DNA of 64,000 bases, from NCBI GenBank assembly GCA_044892525.1, contig CM097886.1, positions 78,864,001 to 78,928,000 of the forward strand, in the 5' to 3' direction. Every line of letters starts with the position of its first letter. Positions within the stretch are counted from its first letter, which is position 1. The stretch is from Schmidtea polychroa. Its lineage: Eukaryota. The position numbers were made by a program, and so were the translations under genes. The notes below the pieces were generated by a model, which was not told the origin of the DNA, searched no databases, and saw only the letters and a list, made by a program, of their open reading frames with translations. Positions 14,961-27,700 of this stretch are shown here, piece by piece.

Positions 14961-15440
14961 ATGCTGCACTAACTGATGAAGAAATGCTATTTAGGCTTAT
15001 TAATGAAAGTAGGGCCTTGATTAAGAAGTAATAGTTGACGAGTTACTGTTATTAAAAATAACTAAAATAAAAATTTTTTATATTCGTAAATAAATGTTTT
15101 CAAGATGTATTTTGTTTTTATCAAAGGAATAAACTTGAATAACTTATTAATGCGTTAAAATTAATTCTAATTTTGTTATATTATCAATTACAGTAAGTGG
15201 AATTTTTTTAAAAAAAATAAAAGTTTTGACAAAATTGAATGCAAATTTGACGAAATTGAATTCAAAATTGACGAAAATGGATGCAAAAAAAATAAATTCA
15301 GTTCATTTTAATTCCTTTTCAATAGTGAAATAATATTATTGCATGTTGAATTTGTATGTCTGATTATTCTGTTATGTATGTCTGAATGTCAAAGGTGTAA
15401 TATAGTATTATTGATGCATGCGTGTATCGTGCTCAAGATA

Positions 15441-16247
15441 CACCTAAACCTCGATTTGCCTCGTTAATTGGGACAGTAGAAAGACGACGCAAATCAAAAT
15501 AGTTTATCGTATTTGTTTATACCTTTTTTCATTAATTGGTATCTTGTAGTAAATTTCATGAAAAAAACCAAATTTTATTATTAAAAACATGTTTTATATC
15601 ATAAGTATATGAATATCAACAAAACTATAATTCATTATAAATTAAAACAGTACTTTAAATAAAAAAACTTAAAAAATTATTAAATTAAAACAAAAGTTCG
15701 CTAAATTCATAAAAATTATAATTTCTACATTTGATAATTTTTTAAATCCTTTAATTCATTTTAAACTTAAAGACCTCACATTGTTGCGCATCGTTGCATG
15801 ATTAATCTGTTATGTTTGGTCAAAATAAATTTTATTTTCGGTCTCTAAAAATTTTACATCTTAAAAAATTATTAAAATTTAACAATGCAAATTGAAATTT
15901 TAACGTGTTGTGCCTAAATAAAAATACCAAAATAATTATTAATTTTTAAAATATGTATAAAAATAATAATGAATNNNNNNNNNNNNNNNNNNNNNNNNNN
16001 NNNNNNNNNNNNNNNNNNNNNNNNNNNNNNNNNNNNNNNNNNNNNNNNNNNNNNNNNNNNNNNNNNNNNNNNNNNNNNNNNNNNNNNNNNNNNNNNNNNN
16101 NNNNNNNNNNNNNNNNNNNNNNNNNNNNNNNNNNNNNNNNNNNNNNNNNNNNNNNNNNNNNNNNNNNNNNNNNNNNNTTTTATTAGGCACCACAATTGAA
16201 ATTTTAACGACGCAACTTTGAAAACGACGCAAATTGAGGTTTAGGTG
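15441..16247. mobile_element. TA-flanked MITE spanning an assembly gap
   Basis: TIRs CACCTAAACCTCGATTTGCCTCG / CGACGCAAATTGAGGTTTAGGTG, each flanked by TA. Confidence 0.7.
15975..16177. other. Assembly gap (N run)
   Basis: Run of N. Confidence 1.
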
Positions 16248-17292
16248 TACATACAATATAATTACTTTCTACGGAAGGATAATCAGTTTTCTGATATTAA
16301 TAAATTATATGTCTCCAATGTCTTCCAATAAATATTAAACAATGATGATTCTAATACGGTCAATTTAATAAAAATAAAATTATAAAGCATCTTTTACCTC
16401 ATTTAAAACCATTCAATTTCACTAAAATCTTTAATTTTACATAGATAATATAATAAAAAATGACTACTGAGTTTTAAATTATGACTAAAAATTTAAAAAA
16501 GGAAAATTAACTAATTGTAAAACTTAAAAAAATATAGAATTAATATCTAAATTATTATATTTAATTAATAAATTAGACAATCTATCAAATATTATTGATC
16601 AACATATTGCAATATTAATTTCAAATAAATCCATAGAAATTAAAGCAATAAAAGCAATAAATATGTTTAAATAATAAGATTTTATTTTTTTTAAATAAAT
16701 TATTCAGTTCATTTGAGTTCCCTTTCGATGTTAAACACTGATGATTATAATATTATAATATTGTAAAATATTAAGATTAAATAGTATCCCAAATTTGAGA
16801 TTTGCACACACCCCCTTCTAATTGTTGATTGTTATTTACTTATATTTGATATTAAGCTGTGCATTTTCTTTGCGTATCTTGATGTATATTAATGCATATT
16901 CTGCTGTACCCGTTTCATGATGTATTATCATCCTTTTTCTTTTGTTCGTTACGTGACAGTAAACCCTGCTCAAACTCTTATTGTCGGATAATTGAACTCC
17001 AATTTTGAAAATTTATTGATTTGTACTAAAAGATTGTGATGTAAATCACAAAATGAACCGAAAAAACACAAAATAAAATATATTAATGTTTATGATATAT
17101 TATACTCAAATATCCAAAGTTTATAAATTATAGATAGAATTTAGAAATAAAAAAACTTTCACCAAATAATATCAATGATAGCCATCATGTAAAATTTGCT
17201 TACCTTATAAAACTAGAGAAATTTGAAGCCCAAAGTAAGGTACAAAAAGTGCATTATAAATCATTAAAAATAAATATGCTCAAAGACACGAC

Positions 17293-19747
17293 ATTACTCA
17301 CTAATTGGGAACCATTTCTATGCAGTGCTCACAAATTGGGAACCAGCTCTATGCATTACTCACTAATTGGTAACCATCTCTATGCATTACTCACTAATTA
17401 GTAACCATCTCTGTGCATTATTTGCTAATTGGTAACCATCTCTATGCATTACTCACTAATTAGTAACCATCTCTATGCATTATTTGCTAATTGGGAACCA
17501 TCTCTATGCATTACTCACTAATTAGTAACCATCTCTATGCATTATTTGCTAATTGGGAACCATCTCTATGCATTACTCAATAACTGGGAACAATCTCTGT
17601 GCATTACTCACTAATTGGTAACCATCTCTATGCATTACTCACTAATTGGGAACCATCTCTATATATTACTCACTAATTAGTAACCATCTCTATGCATTAT
17701 TTGCTAATTGGTAACCATCTCTATGCATTATTTGCTAATTGGTAACCATCTCTATGCATTACTCACTAATTAGTAACCATCTCTATGCATTATTTGCTAA
17801 TTGGGAACCATCTCTATGCATTACTCACTAATTAGTAACCATCTCTATGCATTATTTGCTAATTGGGAACCATCTCTATGCATTATTTGCTAATTGGGAA
17901 CCATCTCTATGCATTAGTCACTAATTGGGAACCATCTCTATATATTACTCACTAATTAGTAACCATCTCTATGCATTATTTGCTAATTGGTAACCATCTC
18001 TATGCATTATTTGCTAATTGGTAACCATCTCTATGCATTACTCACTAATTAGTAACCATCTCTATGCATTATTTGCTAATTGGGAACCATCTCTATGCAT
18101 TACTCACTAATTAGTAACCATCTCTATGCATTATTTGCTAATTGGGAACCATCTCTATGCATTATTTGCTAATTGGGAACCATCTCTATGCATTAGTCAC
18201 TAATTGGGAACCATCTCTATATATTACTCACTAATTAGTAACCATCTCTATGCATTATTTGCTAATTGGGAACCATCTCTATGCATTACTCACTAATTGA
18301 GAATCATCTCTATGCAGTGCTCACTAATTGGGAACAATCTCTATGCATTATTTGCTAATTGGGAACCATCTCTATGCATTACTCACTAATTGGTAACCAT
18401 CTCTATGCATTACTCACTAATTAGTAACCATCTCTATGCATTATTTGCTAATTGGTAACCATCTCTATGCATTACTCACTAATTAGTAACCATCTCTATG
18501 CATTATTTGCTAATTGGGAACCATCTCTATGCATTACTCACTAATTAGTAACCATCTCTATGCATTATTTGCTAATTGGGAACCATCTCTATGCATTACT
18601 CACTAATTGAGAATCATCTCTATGCAGTGCTCACTAATTGGGAACAATCTCTATGCATTATTTGCTAATTGGGAACCAGCTCTATGCATTACTCGCTAAT
18701 TGGTAACCATCTCTATGCATTACTCACTAATTAGTAACCATCTCTATGCATTATTTGCTAATTGGTAACCATCTCTATGCATTACTCACTAATTAGTAAC
18801 CATCTCTATGCATTATTTGCTAATTGGGAACCATCTCTATGCATTACTCACTAATTAGTAACCATCTCTATGCATTATTTGCTAATTGGGAACCATCTCT
18901 ATGCATTACTCACTAATTGGGAACCATCTCTATGCATTATTTGCTAATTGGGAACCATCTCTATGCATTACTCACTAATTGGGAACCATCTCTGTGCAGT
19001 ACTCACTAATTGGGAACCATCTCTATGCATTACTCACTAATTGGGAACCATCTCTATGCATTATTTGCTAATTGGGAACCATCTCTATGCATTACTCACT
19101 AATTGGGAACCATCTCTGTGCAGTACTCACTAATTGGGAACCATCTCTATGCATTATTTGCTAATTGGGAACCATCTCTATGCATTAGTCACTAATTGGG
19201 AACAATCTCTATATATTACTCACTAATTGGGAACCATCTCTATGCATTATTTGCTAATTGGGAACCATCTCTATGCATTACTCACTAATTGGGAACCATC
19301 TCTATGCATTATTTGCTAATTGGGAACCATCTCTGTGCAGTACTCACTAATTGGGAACCATCTCTATGCATTATTTGCTAATTGGGAACCATCTCTATGC
19401 ATTAGTCACTAATTGGGAACAATCTCTATATATTACTCACTAATTGGGAACCATCTCTATGCATTATTTGCTAATTGGGAACCATCTCTATGCATTACTC
19501 ACTAATTGGGAACCATCTCTATGCATTATTTGCTAATTGGGAACCATCTCTATGCATTACTCACTAATTGGGAACCATCTCTGTGCAGTACTCACTAATT
19601 GGGAACCATCTCTATGCATTATTTGCTAATTGGGAACCATCTCTATGCATTAGTCACTAATTGGGAACAATCTCTATATATTACTCACTAATTGGGAACC
19701 ATCTATATGCAGTGCTCACTAATTGGGAACAATCTCTGCATTACTCA
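17293..19747. repeat. 31-bp tandem satellite, ~79 copies, with higher-order blocks
   Basis: Consensus CTAATTGGGAACCATCTCTATGCATTA(CTCA/TTTG). Period 31 checked at 18901/18932/18963. Diagnostic variants recur at 310, 279, 217 and 248 bp spacing. Confidence 0.98.
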
Positions 19748-20625
19748 AAAATTAGGCAAAAAATAGAAAAACGATTTCTTTAGTTTGAACTTCAAATTTT
19801 TGGAAGAAAAAATTAATATAATCTTTAATATTTCTATAAATACTAACAATTAGAAAGTAGTTAACATTCTGTAAAATATAATTAATCAAAATATTTCATT
19901 AATTATTAGTTAATACCAACCATTTAAAACGTAATCAGTGAAAAGCTGACTGAATTTTGTCGGGCTGCAAAGTTTAGCTTGAAGCATTTGATTGAATATT
20001 ATTAAGGTGTCTCGATTCAATCGTATATTTTGATGGACAGGTATAGAAACGCCTAAGGTTTTCTAAAAAATAAATTAGTCTAACCTTTTTTTTAAACTGA
20101 AATAAAAATAGAATAGTTTAATAATAATAAAATGATTGAAAAAATAATTCAAATAATAGTGAAATTTGAGATAGGGTGCTCCATTTAAACCTCTGAACTC
20201 GGGTTCTGATTGTTCCCTTCACATAACCATTCACCACACTCATTCTCGATTTGATTCCATGATTTCACATTCCTAATTGATCGAAATTTTTTTTTCTCAT
20301 AATTACCTATAATCTCAACACTTTTTGCTAAAATTTGCCAAGATATTACAGATTAATCGAAAGAATCAAATAAACCGAACATCATGGTGCTGGAACAGAC
20401 TAAAAAACTGTGGCTTGTGCGGTTACAATAGGCAAATTCAAACCAATTATCTTGAGCTTTGCTAACTACAAGTTTTTCAATTATTATATCCTTTACACAA
20501 TTAAATGTCTCTAGTAAAATGGTTCTCGTGTTTTCTTAAAAGTTATTCATACTAATACTTCTTTCTATGCACGGTTAAGCCCAACATTTTTTATGAAGAG
20601 TTAACTCTTGACACACGGTAAAAGG

Positions 20626-20798
20626 GTTAAACAAGTAAATGATAATATAAGCATTTTGCTGCAAAGTATATATTGAATAAAATTGAATAATATTCGATTA
20701 TCAATTGATAAAGATTATTTTTATAATCGAAAATTAATTCATTTTATTCAATATATACTTTGCAGTAAAATGCTTATATTGTAATTTACCTGTTAAAC
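20626..20798. repeat. Long hairpin/foldback element (~65-bp arms)
   Basis: Left arm aaacaagtaaatgataatataagcattttgctgcaaagtatatattgaataaaat pairs with right arm attttattcaatatatactttgcagtaaaatgcttatattgtaatttacctgttaaac. Confidence 0.85.
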
Positions 20799-21782
20799 AT
20801 GTAATTAATGCTGCTACCAAGAAATCATTATTTGAAAATACTTCTTTCATCCATCTATCTTGAAAAAAACTACGTGAATTAAATTTTAATTTCATTATTA
20901 CTTTGAGAAATAAGTCTTTTGTCATTACGGCCCTTATTTATTGTCCCTTTGGTATATTAACCCTTTGTATCCTGAATTCTAGGACCATTAGTGTGGAATA
21001 TTATTCAGAAAAACTGGCTGTTTGTCTTTTTCCAACTACAAAGTGTTTTTTGAATTTTGGAAATGTGAAAATATTTTCGAGTCCAAAGGTGAAAAAGAAG
21101 AGTAAAATAGCAGCAACAATATTGAAAGAATTTAAGGTAAGAATTAGCATTAATAGTATTTAATTATCAATAAAAAAATATAAGGTTAAAACTCATTGTT
21201 ATTAATTAAACAAATTTTCATGAGACATTAAAAATAATTCAAATTACACTTTCATACAAATATCGCATCCCATTAAAATTTCAATTTTAAAGTTTTTAAT
21301 ATTTCATGCAAAAGATTTTCAATAATTTTTTAAAAAATGTTTCAACATTTCCCATTCCAGTTTCATTACGATTTTCAACTTTAAAATGTTTTTTAAACCT
21401 CATAATTAAATAACTTCTTGAATTCTATCCAATAAAATTTTAATCGATTTTTAAAATTGCTAACAGTAAGCATTTCTGAAAAAATCAATGAAAACAAAGG
21501 GAAATGAAAAGGAAATATGAATTATACCATTAAATTATTAATTACGGTTTATATTTTCCTTAATTTCAATTTCGGTTATCCAATTAATTATAAGAACTTT
21601 TTTCAATTTTTACATCTGATTTCTTTTCAATTGACATTGTATTTATTAAAAAAAATTAACTATTAATCAGTAGCCAATTCATAGTCAATTTTTTAATAAA
21701 TACAATATCCAATAAATTCAAAATATGTAAATTTATCAATTAATTATTATTAAATTATTAATTAAATATAATTAAATAAAAA

Positions 21783-24700
21783 TTAAATTATTCTTACACT
21801 GACATTCTCTGAAGATCGACTAGTTTCACTACTTTTCGATTTGTCATAGAAATTATTTCTCAATTTGGCATTAGGAGAAAATATTGATCGCCAACTACTT
21901 GATCTTTTAGGTTTAGTATCAAAATTATCTTCATCGATAAATGCATCTGAAATCTTTCGACATTGAATTTTATCGTGTAATTTTTGTTTATTTTCAATTT
22001 CATAAACTAGTTTCACAAATGTATCCCTTTGTTCCTTTTCGAATTCCAAATCTTCCCGAATCGCCAATTCTTCAACAAGTAAACCACTAAAATCTCGTAT
22101 AGAATCTTCTAATTCATCAAAAATGATATTGAGTTCTTTTGTAGATTTATTTGGCAAACCTAAGCATGTTTTTTAAAATTTTAATAGGTAACATGAAACG
22201 TGAAAAATATGCCAAAAATTTTTTAAAATTCAAATGAGAAGTGATTTAGCTATACGTGAAATGTATCTGATATCATATTAAAATTACATTTATTACGCAA
22301 ATTTAAGGGCGATAATATTTCATATTATAATTAAGTATAAAGTGATGATTTCTTGGTAGCAGCAGTTATTATTTAAAACAATAAAGTATTTAATTTAAGC
22401 CTTTTGCTGCGAATAATGTATTTAATGGAAAATTTTTCGAAGTTTTTTTTATTAAATACATTATTCGTAGCAAAAGGCTTAAATTACCACTTTATTGTTT
22501 TATATAATTAAGTATATAGTAAATAATTTTTACTACTGATTACCACACTTCGTAAATAAAAGAGCTTTTCAACAAAATTTAGAATTACAATCAAATGATT
22601 ACTGTTAATTCAATATCTTAACACTATTTTTAAGGGTTAAACTTGATTGTCTTTTTTGATTTGACTTTGTGACTTTCTTTCATTTAATAAAAAATCCCTC
22701 GCCAATTATGAATTCAGCCAAAATATTTCAATATCTATATTTGTATCAATATTCTTGTCATATTTGTGCTGTGTCCATTCCAATTTATGCTTTGAATTTT
22801 ATAGTTTGACATTAAATAACACCTGATATTGTTTATGTTCGTCATTTGAAAAATATTTGGGTTTATTGAGGTTTTAGTTTCAACATTTCGTAATTTCGGA
22901 CAGCATATCGAGATAAGAAAATTCCTTTTTTGTTTACTAAATTCTTTTTTCAAAGTCCACTGATTAATTCATAACGATATTATTTGATTTATTTTTATTT
23001 CTTTCTCATTTTTCGATTTTTCTCTTCATCATGCTCTTTGAAAGTTTGTTACGTCATTTTCTTTCATATTTATTCGTTTCCCCATAATTATTTAATAACA
23101 AGCTGTTACTCGTCAAAAATGAATCATGTTTTAGTTTCAATATATTAAATTCCCGGCTGAAAATTTATATCTAATTGTATTCAAAACATATAATCATAAA
23201 AAAACCTTATTTAATTGAAAAGTTCTTTAATGACAATATTTTTAGTAAATGTTTTCGAGTTATTAAGTAATTGCCCTGATATTGCTTTTTTGTCTCTAAC
23301 TAAAATAATTTTTTTAATAGCGTTATATCCAGAGAAACAGACAACGGAAATTAAGATAGATGATTATTATTGACAAAAAATAAAAGAACTAGCTTTTAAG
23401 ATATTTTCTCAAATAAGAAAAATTACTTCAGAAATTTCTTTGATTTTATTTAATGATTTTGGTGTTAATTGAATTTAGAATCTTTAATTTTTCAGAAAAT
23501 ATTTTCATATTTTCGACACAAGGGAAATTTTCATTAATAAAATAAATAATACCGAAAGTTGTTATTTGATATTTACTCTGTAGGAATCATCTAATGTTCA
23601 ATAATAATTTCAGCATTTTTAGGATTATTTAATAAATATTTCAATTTATTAAAATTAAAAGTTTTACTCAATGGAATTTTCAATATTTTGTTTTGAAATT
23701 CATTTATTATTTAATATTTTTAATCGAAAAATAGTATTATTTTCTACATACAGAACAAATTTAGATAGTTTGCAATTACAAATTTCTATTACTCTATAAA
23801 TTATATGATATACACGTCAAAATTGACCAAAGAAAATCACAAAATTTAATTCAATTTAAAAGCTTTTAAATCGCAACATTTTTGTGTATGTTTCTGAATT
23901 TTCCTATAACACTTCCTAATTGTGTTTTCAACAAATGTTTTAGATTCTCATGATTTCTTTTTCGAGTATAGATAATTTTACAATGTTGAAAAATGATAAT
24001 TTCCAACAGAAATAACCCGATAAAAATTTTACAACAATAAAAATGTTTTGTAATTGAATTCTGCATCGAATGCTATAAAAACTTTGAAATTAAGATAAAC
24101 TTATCTTTGACAGACATACGGAAGTATGGAATTATGACGGTAATTATATAACTAAATATTTGTAAAAAATATAATAATAATAATAATAATATAATTCATA
24201 TCTAAATAGTAATTTATATTACACTATTAAAAATATGGACAAATATTTCTAATAACGTAAAAATTGTTTTAGTGTATTTATTGATTATTTTGTTATAAAT
24301 CATAATCAATTTTTATTTGTTATTACTACTTCCGTATTACTACTTATTTTTATTTCCTCTCTGTTGGTTGCTTGTCTCTAAAAATAAGTAAAACTTTCGA
24401 AACACTATATTTAAATTGATTTAATTAGTGAATGTATTCATAATATTTTAGAAATAATTTAGTTAATCAATTTACGATATTCCTAAGTGTTTCTTTCGTG
24501 CATAATTTATTATTTGGTATATAAGCAATTAGAAATGTTTTATCGAAAAAAATTGCAGAAAAATTAGAATTTTAAAATAAATAAAATATAATAAGCCAAA
24601 CGTGATGTTGGAAATTTTATGAAAAATTTCTCAAAAGATAGAATTTGATATAATCGATGAATTTTTTGTCGTAAAATATAATTAATAGGAATTACAGTGC

Positions 24701-27700
24701 GCGCCATTCCACTTAGGGCAAACCAATTTTTTCACTATTTATTTAATATATTCCCCTTATTTACTTTTGCATGGTGTTGGTTTTACTTTGATTCGCTTGT
24801 ACATCGTATTACATTTGAACTTAATACTATTATTGAACTATCCATTTAGGAGGCAAAAATAGAAAATATATTTTATAAATATAATAAAAATTGGTTTGCC
24901 TCAAATGGAATGGCGCACTCTAGAAGAATATGTTTATTTAAATGTATTGAATATTAAGTTTGCTTAGTTTTGTACTGAATACGCTATCTGTTTACAGGTC
25001 ACTTTTGAGTAAACTATATAATAGAAAATTTCTAAGATTTCAAAGGAAGCAAATGATAAATAAGTGACATTTGTTGGGAATTTCAAAATATTCGTTATTC
25101 ATGCTACAGTAGGCAAGGTTAGATCATTTAGGTCTCGAATACGTTCAGAAGCCAAATAACTATAGAAATTGAAAATCCTATTTCAATACAGTAGGAATTG
25201 AAATTGACAAAATGATCATAAAAGGAATTTGGTGGGTTTATATTCCTAATTAAATCTATGGGCATTAATTTATTTAAATTACAGATTCTCTGAAGCTGGA
25301 CATTATATATATATCTAATTGCAAATTTAAATTAAAAATTTTGAATTGAAATAAAATTTGTCATTTTTGGTCATTTTTAACGTGTTTTACCTAATAATAT
25401 TATAATTTAATGCTGTATTTTCGCAAATGTAACGCGTGTGGTATATCCGCATATCTTCCTGTCTACCATCTATATGCCATATATATTTAAAATTTTTCTA
25501 TTGAATTTAACTTACCTTATATCAAATCTTACAGTATATGTGAGGGTGTTGGTTATATCCCCTGTGCGAAAATATAGTAATTGTAAACTATCTAAATTTG
25601 TTCTGTATGTTAAAATAATACTTTTTTTCAATTGAAAATATAAAATAATAAATGAATAATATAAATTACTATTTAGATATGAATTATATTATTATCATTA
25701 TCATACTATTATTAAAATAAACAGTACAAGCTTTGTGATACCCAGTGCAAATCTCAATAGTTTCGAGCTTTTGGCTCTGATCTGTACTATGCAGGAGACG
25801 CTAAGATATCTCTTCGCGCCAAGTAAGTATACAATATTGCTTATTCAACTCTATTGCACACTTTCCCCGGTATACTGGAAATCACATCACTTGCAAATCA
25901 GCTTGGTCACAGAAAAAATCTGTAAACTTGTAAACATGGCGTATGAAAAATCATAATCACTTCTGCGAACTAAAAAATTCCATACTTCCGGATGTTTTCA
26001 AAGAAAAATTTATTTTAATTTCAAAGCTTCTATAGCAAGGGTGGGCACGCATGAGTTCAATGAGAGACATTTTCCGAAAATTTATTTTTTAAAGAGCCAC
26101 CATAGTGAACTACATATTTTTTTTTATTTCATTAATTTGATTAAAAAAGACTTACTTCATAGTGTCGACGTAAATTGGTTACTTTGTAGTTGGAAATTGT
26201 AACTTTACAAATAAGACACAACGATTTACCATTATTGTCAATAAAAAAAAACTTTTCTGTCCATTCTTCTTGAAAAGTTCTATTTTCTTGTTTGTATTTT
26301 CGTTTTTTGATGTTTTCTGAGGTCATTGTAATAATAAATTTGAATAACTTATATTACTGAAATTTAAACAAAATAATAAAAAGACAAATTTAATTTTAAT
26401 TAATTTAAAATTTTAAAATGCTTCATAAAAAATCTTCTTTCCAAATTTTTCAAAAAACACGAATAGAAAACTATACTAAAATATACAAACGACCGCAATA
26501 TTGTACAAACAAAAATACTAACTAATCAAAATTCACTAAATTTCACTAAATTTATTTTCTTTGCTTCTCTCTCGTTGTTATAACAAAGCGCCGCCTACTA
26601 CAAAATAATTTTAAAAAGCAGTAAAATGTGAAAAACAATGTTTCGTTAATTTTTAACATTTATGAAAATACAATTGCAACAAAAATTTTTTTTTAAAAAT
26701 TCAGTTGAAAAAATTTCAAAATAAAAAAATCGAATTCAATTTTCAAATTCTATTATCAAAAATTCAATTATCAATGAGCCGCAGTTTACTCAACGAAGAG
26801 CCGCATGCGGCTCTAAGAGCCGCATTTCCCCACCGTTGTTCTATAGCATTCGATGCAGAATTCAATTACAAAACATTTTTATTGTTGTAAAATTTTTATC
26901 GGGTTATTTCTGTTGGAAATTATCATTTTTCAACATTGTAAAATTATCTATACTCGAAAAAGAAATCATGGGAATCTAAAACATTTGTTGAAAACACAAT
27001 TAGGAAGTGTTATAGGAAAATTCAGAAACATGCACAAAAATGTTGCGATTAAAAAGCTTTTAAATTGAATTAAATTTTGTGATTTTCTTTGGTCAATTTT
27101 GACGTGTATATCATATAATTTATAGAGTAATAGAAATTTGTAATTGCAAACTATCTAAATTTGTTCTGTATGTAGAAAATAATACTATTTTTCGATTAAA
27201 AATATTAACACATTGACGGACAGTAGAAACAAGTGAAGTTCGAAAATTGACACCATATGTTTTTGTAATTTTTAGAATATTAGAAGTATAGTTTTACTCT
27301 TTCTGCTTAAATAAACTTAATTTTGAATAATTTAGCACCTTTAATAAGGTAATTTAAAAATGTAAATGACAGGTTTAATGGCTCAAATAAGCAAATTTTT
27401 TGTGTCTAAAAACAACCGTTTCGTTTTTGACGGCTATAGACGCAAGTGTCCGTCAACGTGTTAAATAATAAATGAATTTCAAAACAAAATATTGAAAATT
27501 CCATTGAGTAAAACTTTTAATTTTAATAAATTGAAATATTTATTAAATAATCCTAAAAATGCTGAAATTATTATTGAACATTAGATGATTCCTACAGAGT
27601 AAATATCAAATAACAACTTTCGGTATTATTTATTTTATTAATGAAAATTTCCCTTATGTCGAAAATATGAAAATATTTTCTGAAAAATTAAAAATTCGAA

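Noticed and set aside
17293-19747. CRISPR-like array or repetitive coding region
   Set aside because: The 31-bp units are contiguous with no unique spacers, and there are no cas genes. The period is not a multiple of 3 and stops recur in all frames.
22357-22364. miR-15/16-like seed TAGCAGCA
   Set aside because: An 8-mer match only. The surrounding sequence does not resemble that family and it lies outside the main stem.
20961-22636. piggyBac-like element enclosing the UNC-76 exon (TTAA|CCCTT...AAGGG|TTAA)
   Set aside because: Only 5 bp of terminal match, which is expected by chance in this composition.
23866-27068. Duplicated 66-71-aa gene (MQNSITKHFYCC...)
   Set aside because: These are short ORFs arising from the inverted duplication. 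There is no homology or splice support, and the near-identity reflects DNA duplication rather than protein conservation.
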